From a virus: 64,000 bases of DNA. Location of the stretch: positions 1 to 64,000 of the IMG/VR virus record IMGVR_UViG_3300031251_000007; one strand, given 5' to 3'. Position numbers and translations under genes: made by a program. The notes below the pieces were generated by a model, which saw only the letters and a program-made list of their open reading frames with translations, did not search any database and was not told the DNA's origin. This document shows positions 27,319-36,003 of this stretch, one piece after another (the first letter of the stretch is position 1; every line of letters starts with the position of its first letter).

Positions 27319-28158
27319 ATGGACGAGGCGCTGAGCGAAGACGAGCAACACGCGGTCGTGACACGGCTCCGGCGCGACGTCGCCGAAGCGGCGCGCACGA
27401 TGAACCAACGCGAGGGCGAGTATCTGGTGCGCGTCTATCACCAGCAACAGCGCCATCGCCTGGCGCTCGAAGCCCAGTTGCGCAGCCTCGGCGGCGCACC
27501 ATCGGCCACGCTCGGCTTTCTGGTGGAACAGGCGCGCACGCTTGAGGCGCAGGTGCGGCGATCGCTCGATCTCTGGACCCGCGATCATCCGCCCAGTCAG
27601 TGGGCGAGAGGGATTGTCGGAGTCGGCCCGGTCGTCACCGCCGAGCTCCGCGCGTACACGCACATCGAGCACTGCCCAACGGTCGGCCATCTCTGGGCGT
27701 TCGCCGGACTCGATCCGACCAAGACGTGGGAGAAGGGCCAGCGCCGGCCGTGGAATCCCGATTTCAAGCGCCTCGCGTTCATCTTGGGCGACAGCTTCAC
27801 CAAGGTGCGCGGCAAGCCGGGCGACATCTACGGCCAGGTCTATTTCGATCGGCGCGCCTACGAAGAGGCGAAGAATCTCGCCGGTGATTACGCCGAGCAG
27901 GCCGCGGCGAGTCTCGGGCGCGTCGGCAAAGAGACCGGCGCGCACAAGCATTACGCGGAGGGCCGCTTGCCGCCGGGGCGCATCTTCCTGCGCGCCAAAC
28001 GCTACGCGGTGAAATTGTTTCTCGCGCACTATCACCACGTCACCTACGTGCACGTGCACGGGACGGAGCCACCGCTGCCCTACCCCGTCGTGCATCTGGG
28101 CCATGCACACGTCTTCGCGCCGCCGGCGTTCAAGAAAACGGGCACCGAAGACGTGTGA
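27319..28158 (+). CDS. tasA: Nop-domain / IS110-related RNA-guided protein without nuclease domain (TasA-like)
   Basis: Coiled coil followed by GIVGVGPVVTAEL...TVGHLWAFAGLDP...RRPWNPDFK...IFLRAKRYAVKLFLAH; no N-terminal DEDD RuvC domain, no HNH, no IS110 catalytic SG after AGLDP; flanked by arrays. Confidence 0.8.
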   Translation: MDEALSEDEQHAVVTRLRRDVAEAARTMNQREGEYLVRVYHQQQRHRLALEAQLRSLGGAPSATLGFLVEQARTLEAQVRRSLDLWTRDHPPSQWARGIVGVGPVVTAELRAYTHIEHCPTVGHLWAFAGLDPTKTWEKGQRRPWNPDFKRLAFILGDSFTKVRGKPGDIYGQVYFDRRAYEEAKNLAGDYAEQAAASLGRVGKETGAHKHYAEGRLPPGRIFLRAKRYAVKLFLAHYHHVTYVHVHGTEPPLPYPVVHLGHAHVFAPPAFKKTGTEDV

Positions 28159-28166
28159 CGTTTCAC

Positions 28167-28438
28167 CTGAGCCGCATCAGCCGAGAGCACCGTGGTGTTG
28201 GAGCGATCCACACAGACAGGCAGTGAGCCGACATTCCGGGAGTACCGAGGTGTGGGAGCGAGCCGTCAACTGCGAGAGCACCGAGGAGGTTCAAGCGAGC
28301 CGATTACCCGAGGAGTACCGAAAGGAGGAGGCGAGCCGAATTGGATCTGGGAGCACCGTGGAGGTGGAGCGAGCCGATCGTTCTGGGAGCACCGTGGAGA
28401 GCGGGCGCACCGATCGCTGTGAGTACCGAAGAGGGGAT
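28167..28438 (+). repeat. TIGR-like array: about 7 units of alternating GCGAGCCG and GAGYACCG repeats with 8-12 nt spacers
   Basis: Period about 36 nt, e.g. GCGAGCCG tcaactgcga GAGCACCG aggaggttcaa GCGAGCCG attacccgag GAGTACCG aaaggaggag. Confidence 0.88.
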
Positions 28439-28443
28439 TCTGC

Positions 28444-28905
28444 ATGGGTAAGCGTCGGGGCAAAACCGATCACGTTCTATTCGGCGGCGCGATCGGTGAG
28501 GTGGCGCATTGCACGCGCTGCGGCGAGGGCTTGCGCATGGGCATGCCCGTATTGGTCGACGTGCTCGTGGCAGCAGGCAACGCGTTCGCGAAGGCGCACA
28601 AGAACTGCCCGGATACCGGCCGCGTCGAACCGGCACCAACGACACCTGGGGAGTGGATCGCCAGCCGCGATGTCGGCGTTAGTTCTGCAACGATCTGGTC
28701 GGTGATGACCGGCAAGCCGTCGCCGCTGGAGCGGTACAACACGCCGATGGACGAAGCCGACTTCGGCCGCTGCGATCGGCTGCTGGCGTTGTTTCCGGAA
28801 TGGCGTACGCGGCTGCACGAGGTCGCAGAGAAGTTTCCGGCGTGGCGATCCGTCGTTACGCGCTGGGAGGAACGCACCCCGCAAGCGGCCGGAGCGGACC
28901 GCTAG
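28444..28905 (+). CDS. hypothetical phage protein
   Basis: HCTRCG; W...RDVGVSSATIWSVM...P.DEADFGRC.RLL..FPEWR. Confidence 0.7.
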   Translation: MGKRRGKTDHVLFGGAIGEVAHCTRCGEGLRMGMPVLVDVLVAAGNAFAKAHKNCPDTGRVEPAPTTPGEWIASRDVGVSSATIWSVMTGKPSPLERYNTPMDEADFGRCDRLLALFPEWRTRLHEVAEKFPAWRSVVTRWEERTPQAAGADR

Positions 28906-28907
28906 CA

Positions 28908-29084
28908 ATGGCCGGCCGCTCTCAGTCTACCCAAGATCTGCGCAACGCGCTCGTTCGCGCCGACGAGCTGTTCTCGCTGCTCCGAGACTACTGGAACAAC
29001 GAGGACGACATCGGCGAGCTGATGCCGCGCATTCGAGAGTTTCAGGAAGAGGCACGAGCGATCCTCCGGAGGGAAACGACATGA
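28908..29084 (+). CDS. hypothetical protein
   Basis: 58-aa coupled ORF. Confidence 0.5.
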   Translation: MAGRSQSTQDLRNALVRADELFSLLRDYWNNEDDIGELMPRIREFQEEARAILRRETT

Positions 29085-29665
29085 ACATCGAATCGATCAC
29101 TATGGCTAAGCCCGACGCGCGCGCCGCCTTCGTCGAGTACCGCGACGCCTTGAAGGCCCGACACACGGCCGAAGACGAAGCGCTGATGCGCGGCTACAAG
29201 GCGCTCGCCAAGGGACAGCAGGTCATCGACCTGCACAACGTGATGCGCGCGGCTGGGCTCGACGAGGAAGGACGGCCGCGGCTGGCGATCTGTCGCGCAG
29301 ACATCGGATGGGTGCGCTTCCGTCGCTATGACAGGCGCTTTGAATTCAGCGACGCACCCGACACGTTCTGGGGCATCCAGAATCGCCATCGACGACTCTA
29401 CGTCGATCTACCGAAAGAGACGTGGCCCGACGACAAGCTTACGCGCCGCGACTGCCGCGCGATCGTCCCGCCGATCCCGCCGCGCTTCCGTCCCCAAGGA
29501 TCACTCAGCCGCTACCACATCCTGTGGGAAGCCGAGTGGCAGGACGTGCCGACCGATCCGCTGCTGCTCAGACACCTCGGCGGCGCGCTGTATGCGGTGC
29601 TGGCGCAATGGGACCTCTCCGCATTGGAAAGGGCCGTGCTGCGCGGCCGGCTCGGGGCGCGATGA
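29081..29665 (+). CDS. conserved hypothetical phage protein
   Basis: GRPRLAICRAD...AIVPPIPP...YHILWEAEW...DPLLLRHLGG.LYAVLAQWDL. Confidence 0.75.
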   Translation: MNIESITMAKPDARAAFVEYRDALKARHTAEDEALMRGYKALAKGQQVIDLHNVMRAAGLDEEGRPRLAICRADIGWVRFRRYDRRFEFSDAPDTFWGIQNRHRRLYVDLPKETWPDDKLTRRDCRAIVPPIPPRFRPQGSLSRYHILWEAEWQDVPTDPLLLRHLGGALYAVLAQWDLSALERAVLRGRLGAR

Positions 29666-29970
29666 ACGAGAGGCCAAAACGGGGCGCGGGGCCTAGGACA
29701 TCTCGCAGGGGGCCGCTGCTCGATCGGTTCTCGCAGCGAAGGCTCAAGGCGCTGGCCGATCGCTTCCATCAGGAGCGCATCGCCCTGGAGCATGCCCAAA
29801 CGCTGGCGCGCGCCGGATTCCTTTGCGGGTTCTCCGATCACGATCTCAGCATCCTATGGCGCGCCGGGTTCTTGTCGCTGCACGACCTCTTCATCTTGAA
29901 GCGCTCGTTCCGCAATGATCCGCGCACGACCATCCAGAGTGGCGCCAACCGGCGCAAGGCGCACCGATGA
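29662..29970 (+). CDS. hypothetical protein
   Basis: ATGA-coupled on both sides. Confidence 0.5.
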   Translation: MNERPKRGAGPRTSRRGPLLDRFSQRRLKALADRFHQERIALEHAQTLARAGFLCGFSDHDLSILWRAGFLSLHDLFILKRSFRNDPRTTIQSGANRRKAHR

Positions 29971-30179
29971 AACGGCGCACCGATCGCCAGCTCGTGGACA
30001 CCGCCAATGCGCTCGCGCGGCGCTTCTACGCGCGCATGGGCTATCAGGTACCCGAAGGGTATCGCTTCGATGAGGCGACCCATCCGCACGAGGTGATGTG
30101 CTGGGAGAACGCCGTCGACGCCTTCACCATCATCGCCGACGTGTCGGTCTACGACGCGCTGGCCAACATTGAGGACTAG
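29967..30179 (+). CDS. hypothetical protein
   Basis: Coupled 70-aa ORF. Confidence 0.55.
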   Translation: MKRRTDRQLVDTANALARRFYARMGYQVPEGYRFDEATHPHEVMCWENAVDAFTIIADVSVYDALANIED

Positions 30180-30275
30180 GCTCGGCGCCCCGCGTTTCGC
30201 TGGTTTTCGCGGTGGCGTTTGGCGCGCCCGGCGCTGGTGGGGGCCTCGTAGGGAGGCTCCCCGCCGGGCGGAGAA

Positions 30276-30542
30276 ATGGAGGAGACAATGCGAGGCGATT
30301 TGCGACTGACCGATTTGGGACCGCGCCGGACAGAGAGCAAGCTGATGAACACGAAGGTGCCTGAGAATGTGCTGCAGGCGATCGGGGCCGCGGCCGCCGA
30401 GCTCGGGTGCTCGAAGACGGATGTCATTGTGGCGCTGTTCAACGAAGGGCTGGATGTGTTCGAGGCCAAGCGGGCGGAGTTTGAGACGATTGGGGCGCCG
30501 AGGGTACGGCGGGGGCGGCCGCCGGTGGCGCGCGCGGAGTAG
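30276..30542 (+). CDS. RHH-like DNA-binding protein
   Basis: LMNTKVPENVLQAIGAAAAELGCSKTDVIVALFNEGL plus AT-hook-like RRGRPP. Confidence 0.6.
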   Translation: MEETMRGDLRLTDLGPRRTESKLMNTKVPENVLQAIGAAAAELGCSKTDVIVALFNEGLDVFEAKRAEFETIGAPRVRRGRPPVARAE

Positions 30543-30771
30543 TGGCGCTCACGATCAACGCCCAGCGTAGAACAGGCCGACGAACGTGACGGCGGCGATT
30601 GCCCAGATCAGCGGCGCGACAAGCTCGACGGCGCGGTCCTGGTCAAGGGTGACGGCGAGCTGGCGCAGCCGGCGGATGATCAACAACAGGTCTCGCATGC
30701 CAACCTTATGGGCGGCGCGCTTTTGATCGGTACGCCGTTGGTACATCGGCTCGATTTTCTTTGCGGCGGAG

Positions 30772-31134
30772 GTGGAGATGGCGGCGGCAGATGTGGCGGC
30801 GATCGCTGAGCAGATCCGCGCGCACGCCTATGCGTTCACCGACGAACGCGAGCTGCAGGACGGGCTTGCCATCGTCCTGGCCGACGTCGCCGGCCTGCAC
30901 CGCGAGCACAGTTTCAGCCCGCAGGACCGCATCGACTTCCTGCTTCCGGACGGCGTCGGCATCGAGGTGAAGATCGACGGCAGCCTGTCCGACCTGGCCC
31001 GCCAGGTGCACCGCTACGCGCAGCGCGAGGAGATCACGGCGCTGATCGTCGTCACCAACCGGCTGCGCCTGGCGGAGCTGCCTGAGACGATCAACGGCAA
31101 ACCGGTTGTGGTGGTGAAGGTAGGTGGATTGTGA
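30772..31134 (+). CDS. small PD-(D/E)XK nuclease-fold protein
   Basis: ERELQ...DRIDFL...GIEVK...QVHRYA; coupled to the helicase. Confidence 0.65.
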   Translation: MEMAAADVAAIAEQIRAHAYAFTDERELQDGLAIVLADVAGLHREHSFSPQDRIDFLLPDGVGIEVKIDGSLSDLARQVHRYAQREEITALIVVTNRLRLAELPETINGKPVVVVKVGGL

Positions 31135-32873
31135 GGACGTTCGGCACCGCAGAGCTGAAGGGCACAGAATGGGAGATCCGGTGCGAGCCGCACGTCGCCA
31201 TTCGGCTGAAGCGCATGTTCGGGAAGGCGCAGCGCGCCGGCGGCAAGGTGCGGCTCAGTGACACGATCGAAACGGCGCGCGACCTGCAATGGTTCTGCGA
31301 GCGCTTCCCGCTGGCGATCACGCCGCAGGAGCATCTGAACCGACGCGCCGCCGCGCACCGCGAGCGCGAGGCGACGGTCTCGGCGCTCCTGTCAGGTGAT
31401 TACGTCGCCCGCCCTTTCGAGCTGGCGATCCCAGCCCGCGACTACCAGAAGCTCGCAGCGGAGATGACGCTGCAGGTCCGCGGCCTGCTGCTCGCCGACG
31501 ACGTCGGCATTGGAAAGACCGCGTCGGCGATCTGCATGCTCACTGAGCCGGCGACCCGTCCGGCCCTCGTCGTCACGCTCACCCATCTGCCGCGGCAGTG
31601 GCAGGACGAGCTGCGCCGCTTCGCCCCTACCCTGCGCGTGCACATCGTGAAGACGGGCAAGCCCTACGATCTGGTCGGCGCACAGCGTGGGCTCTTTGGC
31701 GAGTTCCCCGACGTGATCGTGATCAACTACCACAAGCTTGCCGGCTGGGCCGACACGCTGGCGCCGCACATTCGCTCGATCGTCTTCGACGAGGTGCAGG
31801 AGTTGCGGCACCGCAAGACCGGCAACAAGCCCTCGCGGAAATACGAGGCGGCAAAGCATCTGGCGGAGAGCTGCACCTATCGACTCGGCCTCTCAGCCAC
31901 ACCGATTCACAACCTCGGCGGCGAGATGTGGTCGGTGCTCGATGTGCTGAACGAAGGCGCACTCGGCTCGTGGCCAGAGTTCTTGCGCGAATGGTGCGGC
32001 GACGGCGTCGACGACAAGGGGCGCGCGAAGATCAGCAATCCCAAAGCGTTCGGTTCCAGCCTGCGCGAGCAGGGCCTGATGCTCCGCCGCACGAGAGCGG
32101 ACGTCGGCCGTGAGCTGCCCGACTTGACCAAGATCGAGCACTACGTCGACGCCGACACGCGCGCGATCGATGCCGGCGAGTCAGCCGCAATGGAGCTGGC
32201 GCGCATCATCCTCGATCAGAACCCGCTCGCAAAAGGTGACAAGTGGAAGGCGTCTCACGAGTTGAACAGCATGCTGCGCCAGGTGACCGGCCTCGCGAAG
32301 GCGCCGTACGTCGCGGACTTCGTTCGGCTCTTAGTCGAGAACGGCGAGCGGGTCGTGCTCTACGGCTGGCACCGCGAGGTCTACAAGATCTGGATGGAGC
32401 GGCTGCGCGACTTGCAGCCGGCGATGTACACCGGATCGGAATCGCCGACGCAGAAGCTCGAGGCCAAGCGGCGGTTCGTCGACGGCGAGACGGACGTGCT
32501 GATCATGTCGCTACGTGCCGGCGCCGGGCTTGATGGCTTGCAGGGCTGCTGCCGCACCGTGGCGTTCGGCGAGCTCGACTGGTCGCCAGCCGTGCACGAG
32601 CAGGCGATCGGGCGCGTGCATCGCGACGGGCAAGGCGATCCGGTGGCAGCCTACTTCCTGATCGCCGACAGCAAGATCGACAAGGTGATAGCCGACACGC
32701 TGCAGGTGAAGAAGATCCAGATTCACGGGATACGTGATCCGGATGCAGCGTTGGTGGAGAGGCTGCAGGTGTCGCCGGATAACGTTAAACGGCTCGCGCG
32801 CTCGCTCTTAGAGCGCCGAGCTACGACATCGTCAGGGTCCGGATCCGTAGCTCTAGCGAACGATCGATGCTAG
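31131..32873 (+). CDS. SNF2-family helicase
   Basis: LADDVGIGKT, FDEVQ, LSATP, GAGLDGLQ, QAIGRVHRDGQ. Confidence 0.9.
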   Translation: MRTFGTAELKGTEWEIRCEPHVAIRLKRMFGKAQRAGGKVRLSDTIETARDLQWFCERFPLAITPQEHLNRRAAAHREREATVSALLSGDYVARPFELAIPARDYQKLAAEMTLQVRGLLLADDVGIGKTASAICMLTEPATRPALVVTLTHLPRQWQDELRRFAPTLRVHIVKTGKPYDLVGAQRGLFGEFPDVIVINYHKLAGWADTLAPHIRSIVFDEVQELRHRKTGNKPSRKYEAAKHLAESCTYRLGLSATPIHNLGGEMWSVLDVLNEGALGSWPEFLREWCGDGVDDKGRAKISNPKAFGSSLREQGLMLRRTRADVGRELPDLTKIEHYVDADTRAIDAGESAAMELARIILDQNPLAKGDKWKASHELNSMLRQVTGLAKAPYVADFVRLLVENGERVVLYGWHREVYKIWMERLRDLQPAMYTGSESPTQKLEAKRRFVDGETDVLIMSLRAGAGLDGLQGCCRTVAFGELDWSPAVHEQAIGRVHRDGQGDPVAAYFLIADSKIDKVIADTLQVKKIQIHGIRDPDAALVERLQVSPDNVKRLARSLLERRATTSSGSGSVALANDRC

Positions 32874-32882
32874 GATGGCCGA

Positions 32883-33314
32883 ATGAGTAAAACACTTGAG
32901 GACGGGATTGCCGCGTTGTTCGCCGATCTAGAAGCCGGTGACGAGCAGCGGCAGAAGGCCGCGCTTGAGGAAGAGAAGCTGCGCGAGGGCCGCGATCAGC
33001 TCTGCCGCACCGTGCTGTATCCGGTGCTACAGGCTGCCGCTCTCCTGGTCAGCAAGCGATTCCCGCAGGCGACCGTATCGTACGACTATTCGGCTAGCCG
33101 CGACCCTCGGATGACCCTGACATTGGATGCCACGCGATCGCTCCAGTACACACCAGGGGTGAAGCCGCAGCGTCGGCTCATTGTCTCAGGAACGGAACCG
33201 ACGAACATGCTCGATGCAGTGATAGCACTGCCGGACGATGCGGTAGGATTCGAAAAGCAGGTCGTTGCGGATCTCCGAGATCTTACAGAAGCGAAAAGAA
33301 AGGAACTGCCGTAG
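32883..33314 (+). CDS. hypothetical protein (lower GC, possible moron)
   Basis: 143-aa ORF with visibly more AT-rich codons. Confidence 0.55.
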   Translation: MSKTLEDGIAALFADLEAGDEQRQKAALEEEKLREGRDQLCRTVLYPVLQAAALLVSKRFPQATVSYDYSASRDPRMTLTLDATRSLQYTPGVKPQRRLIVSGTEPTNMLDAVIALPDDAVGFEKQVVADLRDLTEAKRKELP

Positions 33315-33382
33315 ATTTCGCAGGTCACGGGGGGCCGTGCACTTGAACCAGAGACGGCAGCCCTAACCGCCTCAGGCATCGC

Positions 33383-33601
33383 TCAGGGCAAGCCCTTCTC
33401 CATCGGCAGCACGTCGCTCTGCTCAACCCACCGGTGATCACAGTGCGAGCACCGCCGGTGGTAGTGCCCGTCGCCGCCGTACGCGTCCGCGCAGCGCCAG
33501 CAGAAGCCGACCGACGCCGGCGGTCCGCCTCCGCACTTCGGACAGCGGACGCGCATGTTCGAGAATGGCGGGAGCTTGGAGACATGGACGGAGCCGGGCA
33601 T
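33383..33601 (-). CDS. small zinc-ribbon protein
   Basis: CPKCG...CWRC...CSHCDHRW. Confidence 0.5.
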   Translation of the reverse strand: MPGSVHVSKLPPFSNMRVRCPKCGGGPPASVGFCWRCADAYGGDGHYHRRCSHCDHRWVEQSDVLPMEKGLP

Positions 33602-33663
33602 GGGCCGGCGCTCTAGCACATCTTGCTGGCGAGCGGTCTCGGCCGTCGCTACCGTAAGCCGGC

Positions 33664-34269
33664 GTGCCGCTCCCCCGCTTCATTCCGATCGCGCCCCGCA
33701 AGATCGCCGGCCCAGTTGATCACCCCGGCATGAGCTGGGAGCTGAAGCACGATGGATTCAGGGCGCTCCTCTATCTCGACCGCGGCCGCGCGCAATTCGC
33801 TTCGCGCCGCGACATCGTGCTCGCGCGGTTCCAGCCGCTGGCCGACCGGTTGGCAGAACACCTCGGGGCGATCTCGCTCGTCTTGGACGGCGAGCTGTGC
33901 GTGCTCGACGACGCCGGCCGCTCGCACTTTCGGGACCTGCTGCGGCGCGACGCGGTGCCCGTCTTCTACTGCTTCGACATCCTAATGCACGGCGAGGACG
34001 ACGTCCGCCGTGAACCGTTGACCGCGCGGCGTCGGCGTCTGGAAGATCTGCGCGGCCGCGCCCGCGAGTTAGTTATCGGCTCACACATTGTCGGTGACGG
34101 CATTGCCCTGTTCGGTGAAGTCTGCCGCGCCAACTGCGAGGGCATCGTCGGCAAGCCGCTCGAGTCGCCGTACGAGGCTGTTGGCGGCAAGAGTCCCTGG
34201 GTGAAGGTGTTGAATCCCGACTACACGCAAAAGCGCGGGCGGGCGGAGGCATTCAATCGGCGGCGGTGA
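33664..34269 (+). CDS. minimal ATP-dependent DNA ligase (adenylation domain only)
   Basis: ELKHDGFR (motif I), LDGEL, YCFDIL, EGIVGK..SPY, WVKV; no OB domain. Confidence 0.8.
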   Translation: MPLPRFIPIAPRKIAGPVDHPGMSWELKHDGFRALLYLDRGRAQFASRRDIVLARFQPLADRLAEHLGAISLVLDGELCVLDDAGRSHFRDLLRRDAVPVFYCFDILMHGEDDVRREPLTARRRRLEDLRGRARELVIGSHIVGDGIALFGEVCRANCEGIVGKPLESPYEAVGGKSPWVKVLNPDYTQKRGRAEAFNRRR

Positions 34270-34459
34270 GTTCACGAACGCGGCTGGCGCGCCGCCGTCT
34301 ACGCGCTACGCTGGCTCTGTGCCGAAGCGAGACGACCCAACCGACCGCGAGATTGCCGCCCTGCTCCGGGGTCCTCGCAAGCCATCGATCCGCAAGGAGC
34401 CGCGGCGGAATATGAAACGCGACGGCGACGGGCAGCGGTAGCGGCTCAGATTATAGCGC

Positions 34460-34487
34460 TTGACTTATATAGCGCACGCGCTATACT
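34460..34487 (+). promoter_or_regulatory. sigma70 promoter with overlapping palindromic operator for the TA operon
   Basis: TTGACT-16 bp-TATACT; palindrome TATAGCGC-AC-GCGCTATA at 34468-34485; ATG follows 6 bp after the -10 box (leaderless). Confidence 0.75.
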
Positions 34488-34493
34488 GCTCGC

Positions 34494-34859
34494 ATGGTTG
34501 AGGTGATCGTCACCCGCGAGTTCAAGGCCTGGTATCGCGGCATCACCGACACGGTCATTGACCAAGCGATCGACCGCGCCATCCTGTGGTTGGAGCGGTT
34601 CGGCGTCGCGCTCGGTCATCCTCAATCAAGCCAGGTGCTCGGCAGTCGCTATGCGATGCGTGAATTGCGCGTCAGCGCGAAGGGCCAGGCCATTCGCATT
34701 TTCTACATCTTCGATCCGCGCCGCCGCGCCGTGCTGCTGGTCGGCGCCATCAAGACCGGCGGCGCGCGCCGGTTCTACCGTGAGCACATCGCCCTGGCTG
34801 AGCAGAGCTACGAGACGTACTTGAAGGAGATCGATGATGGCGACGAAGAAGAAGACTAG
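34494..34859 (+). CDS. RelE/ParE-family toxin (HigB/Gp49-like)
   Basis: EFKAWY...LGHPQSSQVLGSRYAMRELRV...IRIFYIFDPRRRAVLLVG. Confidence 0.88.
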   Translation: MVEVIVTREFKAWYRGITDTVIDQAIDRAILWLERFGVALGHPQSSQVLGSRYAMRELRVSAKGQAIRIFYIFDPRRRAVLLVGAIKTGGARRFYREHIALAEQSYETYLKEIDDGDEEED

Positions 34860-35262
34860 CCAACCGTGGCGCGAGCTGCGCGCCGAGAAGTTCAGCGCGG
34901 CCGAGCGCGCGGCGATGGATGCTGCTTTCGAGCAGGAGCTGCTCGATATGGACCTGCGCCAGATCCGCGAGATGACCGGCGCCACGCAGGTCGGGCTCGC
35001 CAAGGCGGCGAAGATGACACAGCCGGAAGTGTCGCGCCTCGAGCGCAACACCGGGACGGCGCATCTCGCGACACTGCGGCGGGTAGTGAAAGCGCTCGGC
35101 GGGGAGCTGGAGATCGTCGCGAGCTTCGGCGACAAGCGCGTGCGACTGCGGGCTGCGGATGATCTGCTCGGGCATTCGGTCAAGTGGCGCAAGCGCGATG
35201 AGGCTGTCGGTATGTTGATTCCGCCGGCGGCGAAAGCGGTCGCCAAGCGCAAGCGAGCATAA
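34834..35262 (+). CDS. XRE-family HTH antitoxin (HigA-like)
   Basis: LRQIREMTGATQVGLAKAAKMTQPEVSRLE...LATLRRVVKALGGELEIVASF. Confidence 0.88.
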   Translation: MMATKKKTSQPWRELRAEKFSAAERAAMDAAFEQELLDMDLRQIREMTGATQVGLAKAAKMTQPEVSRLERNTGTAHLATLRRVVKALGGELEIVASFGDKRVRLRAADDLLGHSVKWRKRDEAVGMLIPPAAKAVAKRKRA

Positions 35263-35287
35263 AGTAACTGCGAAGCTGAGAAGCCCC

Positions 35288-35968
35288 ATGCGACCGACAC
35301 CCCTTGATCACATGCGCGAATACGACCGCTCGATCCGAGAGTGTGCCGAGTGCGGCCTGACGTACGCACCGGGCAACCCCGACGACCAACGTGAACATCG
35401 CAGGCGTCATCGACGCCTATCGCTTCGCTGGCGGTCGGCCCCGGGCGAGCAGATTGCTGGCGTCGACGGCGACCTTCGTGTGCTCGTCGTCAACTGCGCC
35501 TCGAAAGCGTGGCTGCGCCGGCGCGCAGATGGCATCGGGCGCCGCGCCAACTTGGAGATGCACTACGACTTCGGCGTCTACGACGGTGACGCGGTCAATG
35601 AGTTCCGCGAACACGCGTTCATTGGCATTGCCGCCGATCAGGTCGCCAGCTTCGTCGTCGTCGACTGCCGGACATCCTTCATGCGCGTGCCGTGGGAGCA
35701 GATCCACCGCAATCCTGTCGGCGATACCTGGCGCATGTACACGCACGGACGAGCGTTCGAGCGGCGTCGCGGATGGACGGTGAGCTTTGTCTGGACCCCC
35801 CAGGCAATCAGGCGGGCCGGCTTCGCGAGGCGAACGATTGCGATCGTCGCGAAGACCCTGCAGCTGCCTGTCGCCGACCTAGCATGGCACGATCCGTTTA
35901 CGGACGCGGGACGAGATTTCGTGCGCTCGCTGTCACCCGAGACGGTGCTGATCGGGTGGTCGGACTGA
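35288..35968 (+). CDS. Eco1/ESCO-like zinc finger plus GNAT acetyltransferase
   Basis: CAECGLTY.PGNPDDQREHRRRH (Eco1-type C2H2) and VSFVWTPQAIRRAGFA...LAWHDPFTDAGRDF (ESCO-type acetyltransferase C-terminus). Confidence 0.7.
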   Translation: MRPTPLDHMREYDRSIRECAECGLTYAPGNPDDQREHRRRHRRLSLRWRSAPGEQIAGVDGDLRVLVVNCASKAWLRRRADGIGRRANLEMHYDFGVYDGDAVNEFREHAFIGIAADQVASFVVVDCRTSFMRVPWEQIHRNPVGDTWRMYTHGRAFERRRGWTVSFVWTPQAIRRAGFARRTIAIVAKTLQLPVADLAWHDPFTDAGRDFVRSLSPETVLIGWSD

Positions 35969-36003
35969 CGCGCGGCGAGCCGTAACCCGCCGCGCCAGCG
36001 CTT

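Noticed and set aside
27115-28158. Intact IS110 transposase / insertion sequence (347-aa ORF call)
   Set aside because: No DEDD RuvC domain or catalytic SG motif. The N-terminal extension before 27319 overlaps KTSC and the repeat units and looks non-coding.
28167-28438. CRISPR array
   Set aside because: Repeats are only ~8 nt and of two alternating types with ~10-nt spacers. No cas1/cas2 or effector genes are present; the Cas4-like nuclease at 15581 is a typical phage recombination exonuclease.
30720-30750. Additional TGGTACCA-type operator (CGGTACGC / TGGTACAT)
   Set aside because: Only partial matches; not distinguishable from chance without a motif model.
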